DNA of 64,000 nt, taken from positions 47,951 through 111,950 of the forward strand of contig JBEKHN010000004.1 in assembly GCA_050012255.1 (NCBI GenBank), written 5' to 3'. The notes beneath the pieces were generated by a model. It ran no database searches, was not told the origin of the DNA, and worked only from the letters and a program-made list of their open reading frames with translations. The position numbers were made by a program, and so were the translations under genes. This DNA is from Candidatus Bathyarchaeia archaeon (GTDB lineage: Archaea; Thermoproteota; Bathyarchaeia; Bathyarchaeales; Bathycorpusculaceae). This document shows positions 37,935-46,985 of the stretch, piece by piece (position 1 is the stretch's first letter; each line of letters opens with the position of its first letter).

Positions 37935-38680
37935 TTAAGCAACTTTTTCGATGATTGCTACGTAACCTGAGTTTTCAGAGTCTATGAATTGGCTTATTTT
38001 CCATCCTGTTCCGCTGATGAGCTGTTCCATTTCTTCCTTAGAAACGATTAACCATTCAATCCATGTTGTGACTGTTTTTTCGAACCTCACTCTTATCCTT
38101 GTCTGTCCGCTTAGTCTTCCCCTGCTTTTGTTTAGCCTGTGATATTCCAAGTGCAGCGAGTTGTCTGTCTTGTAGGGGTCTCTGGTTTCGGCTATGATAA
38201 TAGCGTTCTCTGAGGTTATCCTTCGAAGCCTCTTGAGCAACCTTCTCGCTTTCTTAGGGTTGCCCATAAGGCCGAAGTTGCCGCCGAGCATGAGTATCGT
38301 ACCAAAAGTGTTGGGTTTGAAGCTCAGGTTTTCAAGAGACATCACTCTGGCTTTCTTCAGCCCCTCAGTTTGCAGACCTTGACGGCGAGGGGAGAACTGT
38401 CGACTCCAACCACGCTGAAACCCTTTTGCTGCAGGTACAAGGCGTGTCTGCCAGCTCCACAGCCTATGTCTAAGACTCTGCCCTTGACGAAGCCCATCGC
38501 TTTCTGCTCGATGAGAGGCCAGTCCGCGTATTCTGAAAAGTAGACTTTGGGGCTTTGGTGGGCGGAGAAGTAGCCGTCGTCCCTCTCAATTATCTCGTAA
38601 ATGTTTTGGCCCTTGTAGCAGGCCCAGAGTTCCTGGCCGAAAGCATCACGCTCACGCTCCACGGTTCTGAGTTTACGCAT
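37935..38680 (-). pseudogene. class I SAM-dependent methyltransferase split by a 1-nt frameshift
   Basis: The N-terminal ORF (38357-38680) carries motif I 'VLDIGCGAGRHALYL' and ends '...KVCKLRG*'. The C-terminal ORF (37935-38345) continues in the -1 frame. One extra G in the G4 run (plus-strand CCCC 38361-38364) gives the continuous reading '...KLRGLKKARVMSLENLSF...'. Confidence 0.7.
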
Positions 38681-38805
38681 AAGCCAAGGATATGGAACTT
38701 TCTCACTTTATAATTTTCGAGTCGGGTTCGACCCGCTAGATCTCACAAAGCGTTTAGTCTATGAAGATGAAGCCTAGAAGCCTCACAAAACTTGGAGAGA
38801 CGATT

Positions 38806-39086
38806 ATGCATTTGGAGGAGATGAAGAAGGAAATAGGGAAGCTCGTCTTAGAGAAGGGTTCTACAATAGACCGGAGGACATTCCGAAGAAGCTGCTTTTC
38901 GCTTTCATCGAGCTTGGTCAGGCGAGTAGCGCGTGGAAGGAAGGTGAGAGTGAGGAGAAGGTGGCTGAAGAATTGATCGACGTGATATTTTGTGTTCTTG
39001 ACGCTGATCGGTTGGCTTGGTCTTCAGTCAACGTGGACGAGACGTTCCTGAAGAAAATGGAAAAGAACAGGAGTAGACCGTATTAG
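38806..39086 (+). pseudogene. MazG-like nucleoside triphosphate pyrophosphohydrolase split by a 1-nt frameshift
   Basis: Frame A reads 'MHLEEMKKEIGKLVLEKG'. The -1 frame from 38859 reads 'FYNRPEDIPKKLLFAFIELGQASSAWKEGESEEKVAEELIDVIFCVLDADRLAWSSVNVDETFLKKMEKNRSRPY*', an E-x-x-E...E-E-x-x-D MazG-type helix pattern. The junction is at the GGG run 38856-38858. Confidence 0.65.
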
Positions 39087-39148
39087 TACGACCAAGGACA
39101 CCGTCGCCTATAATGCATTACTGTAGCAAATGCACTTGGTAGCGCGGT

Positions 39149-39538
39149 CTATGGTCGATATTCTCTCGAAAACAGTGGGCTCGAGATTATTAGATCTGCT
39201 GTCGCTCGGTTGCAGGCAGTCGGGATGTTGTACAGTACGGCTATTCTGAGAAGGGCCTTGACGTCAACGTCGTGCGGGAGAGATTCCAACGGGTCCCAGA
39301 AGAAGATCAGGTAATCCAATTTCCTGTTAGCTATCAAAGCGCCGAGCTCCATGTCTCCTCCCTGAGAGCCGTCCTTGAGCAAAACGACGTTTAGGCCTGT
39401 TTTCTCCATGATTTTTTTCCCTGTTCCCCCTGTTGCGCAAAGGTTATGAAGTGCCAGTGTCCCCTTGTTGAATTCAACCCACTCCACCAGATCAACCTTC
39501 TTATTGTCATGAGCGACCAAGGCTATTGTTCTTTTCAA
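39149..39538 (-). CDS. mgsA: methylglyoxal synthase
   Basis: 129 aa: 'IALVAHDNKK', 'ATGGTG', 'GSQGGDMELGALI', 'DYLIFFWDPL...PHDVDVKALLRIAVLYNIP'. Confidence 0.85.
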   Translation of the reverse strand: MKRTIALVAHDNKKVDLVEWVEFNKGTLALHNLCATGGTGKKIMEKTGLNVVLLKDGSQGGDMELGALIANRKLDYLIFFWDPLESLPHDVDVKALLRIAVLYNIPTACNRATADLIISSPLFSREYRP

Positions 39539-39769
39539 GCTACATCACACCGGTTCAAACCAAATCGAATACTTCTAACAGCCTTAAACCCTTTGCTGCA
39601 ACAGTAGCCTTTTCTTAACCAGAGAAGGCAGGTCAGATATCATTATTGTTCCCAGAAAGAACGTGTTTTCACTCGTGCAATCAAGATTTTGCATGTTTAA
39701 ACGTGTGGAGCTAGTGCTTCTTTTCAACCCGCTCAAGCTTGTAGCGCCAACGCGTGCCAGAAGAAATGG

Positions 39770-42700
39770 TTACTTGTAGGTTTTTCCGAAATTTCCAGCT
39801 AATATAATGATGTCGAAGATGTCGACGATGCCGTCTTGGTTGAGATCCGCATCGGAATTCCATAATGGATGCCCAGGATAACACCCGAATGCTGATGCTT
39901 CTTGTATTGCATCATACATATCAACGGTTCCATCGTGATTTAGGTCTCCAAGAACAGGGACGTAGGGCTGGATGAATGGGTATCTATCAGTGTTGTTTGC
40001 GTCTACGATGTATCGAGTGTCCCCTATTCCGTCACTTCCCGCCTCATTTTGATAAGGACCACTGGAGAAGTCAACACTAGCATAGTCGCTCCAGTAGTTT
40101 CCTCCAGAAGGATAGCCATCATCCCAAATGTTGACTGAGTTAAGACTGAGTGCTTGTTGCGTGTTCTTGAAGTTGTTATGGTATATCGTGTTGTTGTTGC
40201 TCTGGTCTTTTAGCCCGTACAGACCCCAATAACCTATGCTTATGCCGTAATAGTTGTTTGAGAGGGTGTTCTGAAGAATGGTGTTGTCGTTGGAAAACCA
40301 CTCCAGGTATATTCCTGCTCCGATCAAAAAGGTATTGTTTGCAACCTTGTTTCTTCTTATTGTGTTGCGCGTGGCTCCACTGAGAGCTATTCCAGCTAAG
40401 CTACGAGTACCGCCTGAGACTTTGTTGCTGATAATTATGTTGTCGGTAGCATAATATGAGATAACGCCCACGATGTTTTCAAGTATCGTATTGCTGTCAA
40501 TGCTGTTGTTCGGGGATGCAGTTATGTCTATACCGACACTGGCGGTTGTTACCGTGTTTCCAGCAATCGTATTACGTTCAGAATAGTATAGGCCGATGCC
40601 GTCCCACCCACTGTTTGCTACGTTGCTTCCACTCACGATGTTGCTGTTGGAGCCCCATAGGTAGATGCCGTTGTAATTGTCTGAAGCAATCACGTTCGTT
40701 ATTGTGGACTCAGTCGTGTACGCGAACAACACCCCTTGCCCATTGTTTGAAAGGTTCAGATCGTTCACTGAGATGCCTGTGGAATTGACAACTGCCACAT
40801 ACCCCACATTTGCTGGAACCTGCTTATCACGCTGATTAATGAGATAGTAAACTTGCTTTCCATTCACAGCGTTTGAAGTATCCACATCATTAACATAATC
40901 TGAAAGGGAAGCACCGTAAACTCCAAAGTTGTATGAATTGCCCGTCATGTCGTTGTTTCTGAGAGTGTTGCTGCCAGAATTATGTAGATAGACTCCTTGA
41001 TTGTTGTTTACTATGGCATTATTGCTAATGGTGTTGCGGGCGGAAGAGTCTAAGTACAGTCCCGTTCCCATCGTACCGTTTGACACGGCGTTGCCGCTAA
41101 TCGTGTTGTTCTCAGCGGACAACCATAAACCAATGCCAATTTCATTCTTTGTAACCGCATTGTCGCCAACAGAGTTATCGTTGGAGCTGATGAGCTCAAT
41201 GCCACGGTTACCTTCTGAAGTCACTGTGTTCCTGACCAAAGTGTTGTTGTTGGAACTGTACAGGTAGATGCCGTACGTGTTATTCAAGGCGTTCACATTT
41301 TCTATGAGGCATCCAGAAGCATACGCGAGGAGCACGCCTTGAACATTGTTTGTCACGTTTAAGCCTCTCACGGAAATGTTCGTTGAGTTCACAATGCTCA
41401 CGTACCCTGCGTCGGCTGGGATCTCCCTGTCTTTTTGATTCAACCAGTAATAGACCGGTCTGCCTTCAACCGTGTTAGAAGCATCCACGTCTTGAATGAA
41501 ATGTGACAGGTCACTGCCTGTGACGCCGAAGTTGTATCTGTTCGCCGTCATGCTGTTATTTTTCAGGACGCTGTAGCTTGATTCTTCAATGAGCAGACCA
41601 GCCGTGTTGTTTGACACCTCGTTGCCATTGATTGTGTTGCGACTTGATTTCTGCACGTAGAGGCCAAGGCCATTGTTCAGCAATTTGTTGAAGTCAATTG
41701 TGTGCCCCTCTGAATAGTACAGGTCAATGCCCTCTTCATTACGCATTAACATGTTGTCTCTAACGTTGTTACTCTCAGACTCGTCGATATAGATGCCGAT
41801 GTAGTTGTTTGATGCGGCGTTACTATCAACCGAATTGTTGTGTGAAAATGCAAGGCGCAAACCATAGTAGTTGTCTGAAGCATTCACGTTCTCTACGTAA
41901 GAATTAACGGTGGCGACGAAGAGCACGCCCTCCTGGTTGCTTCGAAGTTGCAAGTCTCTCACGATGATATTTGAGGAATTTACTATTGCCACATAGCCAG
42001 CGTCTGCTGGAGCAGTACGGCTGTCTTGGTTCACCAAATAGTACACAGATTTGCCATTAACCGTGTTCGAAGCATCTACGTCATGAATGAAATCCGTGAC
42101 AGAATAACCCTCAACCCCAAAATTGTACTTGTTGCCTGTCATGTTATTGTTTCTGAGCGTGGCGTTTACAGCACCGTACAAGAGTATCCCATGATAGTTG
42201 TTCATAGTCGTCGTATCAGTGATTGTCACTCCTTCTGAAGCGACAAAGATACCAGCGTAGTCCAAAGAATAGAGACTATTCTGAAGCGTGAAACCACTGA
42301 TCTTGACGTAGTTTGCTGTCACAAGTATGACATCTTTCATTCTTTGGCCGTCAATGATAGTACGGCTTCGGTCTTCTCCAACGAGAGTTAAACCTTCTTT
42401 GTTTATCCATACGTTTTCGTAGTATGTTCCTGAAGCCACAGAGATTGTGTCTCCTTCGAATGCTGCACTTATTGCATCCTGTATCTTTGGATAATCATGA
42501 GGGACTCTGATAACTTGCGGAGCCCTGACGGTTACTTGATTGGATAGAAAATTGTTATTGACAATAGCTTCTCCACTTACGGGCAGTATGTAGCATGTAA
42601 CATTGTACGCTCCCTGGATGGTTGGCGTCCACGAGTAACTCAAAGAAGCAGACGCTCCACTCACCAAAAAGTCAATGGCTTGAGATTGGACAACGCCACC

Positions 42701-44272
42701 GTTTACCAACAACTCGACGGTTATGCCACTTTCATTACTCTTTCCCATGTCAAGTATAGTTGTGTTGACAACGGCTTCATTTCCAAGTTTCAGATACGGA
42801 GGCGTCTTCAAGCTTAAGACAAGGACGTCATGATCTGACGGGCCTTGCTCCACCGCTTTTCTTGCGTTGACTCTTCCAAATCCGTAGTAAACGTCAAAAC
42901 CTGGGGCGCCCAAGTCGTCCGCAGTGTACTGCAGCTGAGCCCACACTTGATCTCGAGTCATATTGGGGAACATGCTCCAAATCAAGGCTGCAACACCTGA
43001 AACATGGGGCGTTGCCATTGAAGTTCCACTCATGTATGCATAAGTGCCGCCCAAGACTGTTGAGTAGATGTTGACGCCAGGAGCCGCGACTTTCAACCAG
43101 TCTCCGTAATTAGTGAATGAAGCAGGGTTGTCAAGCTCATCAGTTGCCGCCACTGCAACAACCTCGTCAAAAGCGGCAGGATAATGCTTAACGTTGGTTG
43201 CATCGTTCCCAGCTGCTGCAACAACGACCACTCCGTGCTCATACGCATATCTCACGGCCTCATGCAGAACCGTGCTTTCCGCAGAGCTGCCCCAACTGCA
43301 GCTAATGATGTTTGCCCCCTGATTCACAGCGTGAACAATAGCTTTGGCAAGCTCGCTTGAACTTCCAATTCCACTCGCATCCAAGCCCTTTTCACCCATG
43401 ATACGAACCTGAGCAAGTCCTGCTATACCTAGGCTGTTATTGATGGTAGCCGCGATAACTCCTGCACAATGGGTCCCATGTCCATTATCATCCATGGGGT
43501 TTGGATCATTATTTACCCAATTGTAGCCCAATGCAACATAGTTAGCGGCGAGGTCAGGATGTTGCCAGTCAATGCCAGTGTCAACCACTGCCACAAGAAT
43601 TGAGTGACTGCCCACGGTTGTGTTCCAGGCCCAATCAGCCTCTATTGTGCGGAGCCCCCATTGTTTAGACCATTCAGGATCATTTGGAACGGCGTCAATC
43701 TGATACCTCATGTTGGGCTCAATGTAACTTGCTAAGCCACCCTTCTCAGCTTCTGACACGAAAGAATCAAGAGTTGATAGAGGTACGTCAGCTACTATGG
43801 CCTGGGTATTTTCCCCCATCAAAACCGAGTCCACAGGTCCCCCACCACTTTCTATCAGACGATCAACAAGTTCGTGGTAGTTGCCTTGTCCTGTGTTGTT
43901 AATTCCTATCACTAGCTCAACGGAGTTTCCGTTTACATAAGCAAAATCTCTCCATTGCGTTGACTGCTTAAAAAGCCACGTCGAAGTAGAGACAAAGTGA
44001 GGCTGAGGAGTTATGCTTTCTTGAGGACCCCAGCTTATGCTTGACACATATTTGTCCATCACTCCTGCCTGAGATCCTCCCAAAGTCCAAGCAATGTCTC
44101 TCAGATCCACCGGTTGTTCGTTTTGTCCAGTCAAGTAACCTTGCCACGCTTGCATAACGTCAAAGCTTCCGGTAGGGTTGTTCTCTTGCTTGGGTATTGT
44201 GACCGGAACTGCCTTAGTGGACAGAGTGTGCGGTACAAAAGTTAGCACGCTTAACACAAGCAGCGTGAGCAT
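39770..44272 (-). CDS. secreted S8 subtilisin-like protease with CARDB-like domain, long right-handed beta-helix (PbH1/NosD-like) region and C-terminal dockerin
   Basis: Catalytic triad contexts 'VAVVDTGID', 'HGTHCAG' and 'GTSMATPHVSG'. A signal-like 'MLTLLVLSVLTFVPHTLS' starts at ATG 44272 (alternative TTG 44299). Dozens of approximately 22-aa 'N.I.GN....GI.L' beta-helix turns follow. The dockerin has 'DLNHDGTVDMYD' and 'DLNQDGIVDIFD'. The first 211 codons of the 1711-aa track ORF are judged spurious. Confidence 0.85.
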   Translation of the reverse strand: MLTLLVLSVLTFVPHTLSTKAVPVTIPKQENNPTGSFDVMQAWQGYLTGQNEQPVDLRDIAWTLGGSQAGVMDKYVSSISWGPQESITPQPHFVSTSTWLFKQSTQWRDFAYVNGNSVELVIGINNTGQGNYHELVDRLIESGGGPVDSVLMGENTQAIVADVPLSTLDSFVSEAEKGGLASYIEPNMRYQIDAVPNDPEWSKQWGLRTIEADWAWNTTVGSHSILVAVVDTGIDWQHPDLAANYVALGYNWVNNDPNPMDDNGHGTHCAGVIAATINNSLGIAGLAQVRIMGEKGLDASGIGSSSELAKAIVHAVNQGANIISCSWGSSAESTVLHEAVRYAYEHGVVVVAAAGNDATNVKHYPAAFDEVVAVAATDELDNPASFTNYGDWLKVAAPGVNIYSTVLGGTYAYMSGTSMATPHVSGVAALIWSMFPNMTRDQVWAQLQYTADDLGAPGFDVYYGFGRVNARKAVEQGPSDHDVLVLSLKTPPYLKLGNEAVVNTTILDMGKSNESGITVELLVNGGVVQSQAIDFLVSGASASLSYSWTPTIQGAYNVTCYILPVSGEAIVNNNFLSNQVTVRAPQVIRVPHDYPKIQDAISAAFEGDTISVASGTYYENVWINKEGLTLVGEDRSRTIIDGQRMKDVILVTANYVKISGFTLQNSLYSLDYAGIFVASEGVTITDTTTMNNYHGILLYGAVNATLRNNNMTGNKYNFGVEGYSVTDFIHDVDASNTVNGKSVYYLVNQDSRTAPADAGYVAIVNSSNIIVRDLQLRSNQEGVLFVATVNSYVENVNASDNYYGLRLAFSHNNSVDSNAASNNYIGIYIDESESNNVRDNMLMRNEEGIDLYYSEGHTIDFNKLLNNGLGLYVQKSSRNTINGNEVSNNTAGLLIEESSYSVLKNNSMTANRYNFGVTGSDLSHFIQDVDASNTVEGRPVYYWLNQKDREIPADAGYVSIVNSTNISVRGLNVTNNVQGVLLAYASGCLIENVNALNNTYGIYLYSSNNNTLVRNTVTSEGNRGIELISSNDNSVGDNAVTKNEIGIGLWLSAENNTISGNAVSNGTMGTGLYLDSSARNTISNNAIVNNNQGVYLHNSGSNTLRNNDMTGNSYNFGVYGASLSDYVNDVDTSNAVNGKQVYYLINQRDKQVPANVGYVAVVNSTGISVNDLNLSNNGQGVLFAYTTESTITNVIASDNYNGIYLWGSNSNIVSGSNVANSGWDGIGLYYSERNTIAGNTVTTASVGIDITASPNNSIDSNTILENIVGVISYYATDNIIISNKVSGGTRSLAGIALSGATRNTIRRNKVANNTFLIGAGIYLEWFSNDNTILQNTLSNNYYGISIGYWGLYGLKDQSNNNTIYHNNFKNTQQALSLNSVNIWDDGYPSGGNYWSDYASVDFSSGPYQNEAGSDGIGDTRYIVDANNTDRYPFIQPYVPVLGDLNHDGTVDMYDAIQEASAFGCYPGHPLWNSDADLNQDGIVDIFDIIILAGNFGKTYK
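40400..42200 (-). repeat. three approximately 600-bp (approximately 200-aa) tandem super-repeats inside the protease beta-helix region
   Basis: Three unit starts spaced about 600 nt apart: 'NNMTGNKYNFGVEGYSVTDFIHDVDASNTVNGKSVYYLVNQDSRTAPADAGYVAIVNSSNI', 'NNSMTANRYNFGVTGSDLSHFIQDVDASNTVEGRPVYYWLNQKDREIPADAGYVSIVNSTNI' and 'NNDMTGNSYNFGVYGASLSDYVNDVDTSNAVNGKQVYYLINQRDKQVPANVGYVAVVNSTGI'. Confidence 0.6.
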
Positions 44273-44739
44273 TAATCCAGAATCTAATCTGTTTGACAAT
44301 TCTCCTTCTCTTGATCTTACATGGTTAAACCAACAGATAAAAGTTCGCGCGCTCCATTCAAAGAACCAGGTAGAACAGTCAAATGTGCGAACAGCAGGTC
44401 GCAAAAATCTCTTTAGGACATGGAATGTCGATGGAAATGGTCTGTGTCGTTTGCAACTAGGTGAAGAACAAACCGTTCCACATCGCTGACATAGCGTAAA
44501 ATGATGATACGCTTTTGGCGGAGAGGTCACACAAAAATCCACGCGCCATTGAAAGCCACAATAGGACAAAACATAAGATTCTAGTAGCGGCGTGAAGCAT
44601 TTTGCTACAAAACCCTCCTCTTCCGGAATCTTCTCCGGCCAAGAATGCAAGAAGCATCTGAATGACAAAGCAAATCTCGGAGAAGTTCTAATCATTCTAA
44701 GATCAGCAGAAAACAGGGAACTAGAAGCAGGTCTAAGGC

Positions 44740-46923
44740 ATGCCAAAGTTTCGACAGACTGCAGAATTGCTGAGGTTGATGGACAAGAAAGAGCGTATCC
44801 GCAACGTCTGCGTAGTGGCCCACATAGACCATGGAAAAACAACAATGACCGATTCGCTGCTGATCGAAGCGGGACTTCTGCCGCCACACGTAGCAGGTTC
44901 AGCAAGAGTTCTGGACTATTTGGAGGAAGAGCAAAAACGCGGGATCACGATTAAAACGGCAAACATATCGTTTCTGCATGAAGCAGACGGGTCCCCTTAC
45001 CTGATAAACCTGGTCGACACTCCTGGGCATGTGGACTTCACAGGTAAGGTGACCAGGGCTTTGCGCGCGGTTGACGGTGCAATCGTCGTCGTGGACGCTG
45101 TGGAAGAGGTGATGGCTCAGACAGAAACTGTCACGCGTCAAGCTCTTGAGGAGAGGGTGAGACCTGTTCTTTTCATAAACAAGGTTGACCGTCTGATAAA
45201 GGAGCTGAAGCTTTCCCCCAATGAGATTCAGAAAAAGTTTGTCCATATTATCACCGATTTCAACAACATCATCGAGATTTATGGCGAACCAAGGTTTACA
45301 GAGAAATGGAAAGTTGACCCTTCAAAACAGAGTGTTGCCTTCGGTTCAGCGCTTCACAGGTGGGGATTCACCCTAGAAATAGCTGAGAAGAAGGGCATAA
45401 GATTCAGTGATCGCGACATCACGGACGCTTATGAGCATGAAACATGGCAGGAACTCTCGCAAGTTGTTCCACTCCACACCGCCATACTTGACATGGTCGT
45501 GAAGAACCTGCCAAGCCCTGTTGAAAGCCAACGATACCGCGTACCAAAGATCTGGAAAGGCAGTTTGACATCAGAAATCGGTCAGGCAATGGCGAACTGC
45601 GACGACCAAGGGCCAACTGTGATAGGCATAACTGCAGCTCAGATAGTTCAGAACGAGGGTTTGGTTGCCACTGGACGGATCTTCTCAGGATCTGTGAAAA
45701 AAGGCGACAACGTCTACTTGCTCGGCGCAGGCAAAGACCATTGCGTGCAACAGGTTTCCCTCTACATGAGTGCTTTCAGGGAAGCTGTAGGCCAAATTTC
45801 TGCAGGCAACATTGCTGCCTTAACAGGGCTTGAATCGGCAAGGGCCGGGGAAACGGTCGTCGATGTTCAACACAAGAGCATGAGCATTCCGTTTGAGAAT
45901 GCCCAGTATGTTTCAGAGCCTGTCATGACCATAGCGATAGAACCGAAGAACCCAAAAGACCTAGAAAGCCTTCTTGAGGCACTGAAAAGACTTTCGATTG
46001 AAGACCCAAACCTCGTAACAACGGTGGATACTGAAACGGGTCAACACTTGCTTAGCGGCATGGGTGAGCTTCACTTGGAGGTTGCGATGAACTTCTTGAA
46101 GAAGTACATTGGTGATGTCGAGCTTGATGCAACTAGCCCGATTGCAGCGTATAGAGAAACTGTTTTCAAGAGTGGAGCCCTGGTGATGACGAAGAGCCCC
46201 AACAAGCGTAACGAGTTCTGGGTACAGACAGAGCCGCTTGAAAGCAAAGCGATAACAGTCCTAGAAAAAAGCCTTTCATACCGTGAAGACAGGTTTGGAA
46301 AGAGTGCAGGGGGAGAGATTTGGGCCGTGGACGAGCGAATCAACATTCTAGTAGATTCAACTAAGCAAGCCGAGCATCTTCAAGAGGTGAAGAACGATGT
46401 CGTCTCAGGTTTCTATTGGACATGCAGAACCGGGCCCCTTAGCGAACAGCCCTTGAGAGGCGTGAAAGTCAAGCTTATGGACGTGAAGCTGGACAGAAAT
46501 CCCGAAAATCGAGAACCAAGTCAAGTGACGCGGGCAATAAGCCGCGCAATTCTGGGGTCGTTGTTGACAGCTAACCCCACACTTTTGGAGCCGATTTACA
46601 AGGTCGAAGTGTCCGTTCCATTGCAATGGCTTGGCACGTGCTCCAAGATAATAACCCGCAGACACGGAAAAATAGAGGCCACTCAACAGAAAGGACAGTC
46701 AGCAATCATCACCGGCTACGTGCCAGTCGCACAGACTTTCGGCCTCTCTGCAGAAATGCGTACTGCAACATCCGGCCACGTTTTTTGGCAGCTGACTTTT
46801 GACCATTGGGAGAAAATGCCTGAAAAGCTTGAGGCTGAAGTAGTCACACAGCTCCGTGTGAGAAGAGGTTTGCCGCCGGAAGTGCCTCAACCGAGGGCTT
46901 TTGTAGACGAAATCCTTAGCTGA
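44740..46923 (+). CDS. elongation factor 2 (aEF-2) family GTPase, divergent paralogue lacking the diphthamide histidine
   Basis: 727 aa. G motifs 'AHIDHGKTT', 'DTPGHVDF' and 'NKVDR' are present, and the protein is colinear with aEF-2 through domains II-V. The domain IV tip reads 'DVKLDRNPENREPSQ' where canonical aEF-2 has 'H.D..HRGP.Q'. Confidence 0.85.
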   Translation: MPKFRQTAELLRLMDKKERIRNVCVVAHIDHGKTTMTDSLLIEAGLLPPHVAGSARVLDYLEEEQKRGITIKTANISFLHEADGSPYLINLVDTPGHVDFTGKVTRALRAVDGAIVVVDAVEEVMAQTETVTRQALEERVRPVLFINKVDRLIKELKLSPNEIQKKFVHIITDFNNIIEIYGEPRFTEKWKVDPSKQSVAFGSALHRWGFTLEIAEKKGIRFSDRDITDAYEHETWQELSQVVPLHTAILDMVVKNLPSPVESQRYRVPKIWKGSLTSEIGQAMANCDDQGPTVIGITAAQIVQNEGLVATGRIFSGSVKKGDNVYLLGAGKDHCVQQVSLYMSAFREAVGQISAGNIAALTGLESARAGETVVDVQHKSMSIPFENAQYVSEPVMTIAIEPKNPKDLESLLEALKRLSIEDPNLVTTVDTETGQHLLSGMGELHLEVAMNFLKKYIGDVELDATSPIAAYRETVFKSGALVMTKSPNKRNEFWVQTEPLESKAITVLEKSLSYREDRFGKSAGGEIWAVDERINILVDSTKQAEHLQEVKNDVVSGFYWTCRTGPLSEQPLRGVKVKLMDVKLDRNPENREPSQVTRAISRAILGSLLTANPTLLEPIYKVEVSVPLQWLGTCSKIITRRHGKIEATQQKGQSAIITGYVPVAQTFGLSAEMRTATSGHVFWQLTFDHWEKMPEKLEAEVVTQLRVRRGLPPEVPQPRAFVDEILS

Positions 46924-46985
46924 CCTCGCACTGGCCAGCTTTTCCTGCTGTCTTGATCAATAAGGGTTTAAAACTACTTTGAAGA

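Noticed and set aside
37909-39140. Integrated mobile element downstream of tRNA-Ser
   Set aside because: Two decayed accessory-type genes sit there. However, I found no integrase, no direct repeat of the tRNA 3' end and no other mobile-element genes. It is kept only as a remark in the frameshift finding.
44273-44905. N-terminal 211 codons of the 1711-aa minus-strand ORF, overlapping the EF-2 start region
   Set aside because: The sequence is Cys/Arg/Ser-rich and non-protein-like. It overlaps the well-supported EF-2 gene start (44740) on the other strand. A signal-peptide-like start exists at 44272/44299. It is treated as read-through of an open frame, not coding.
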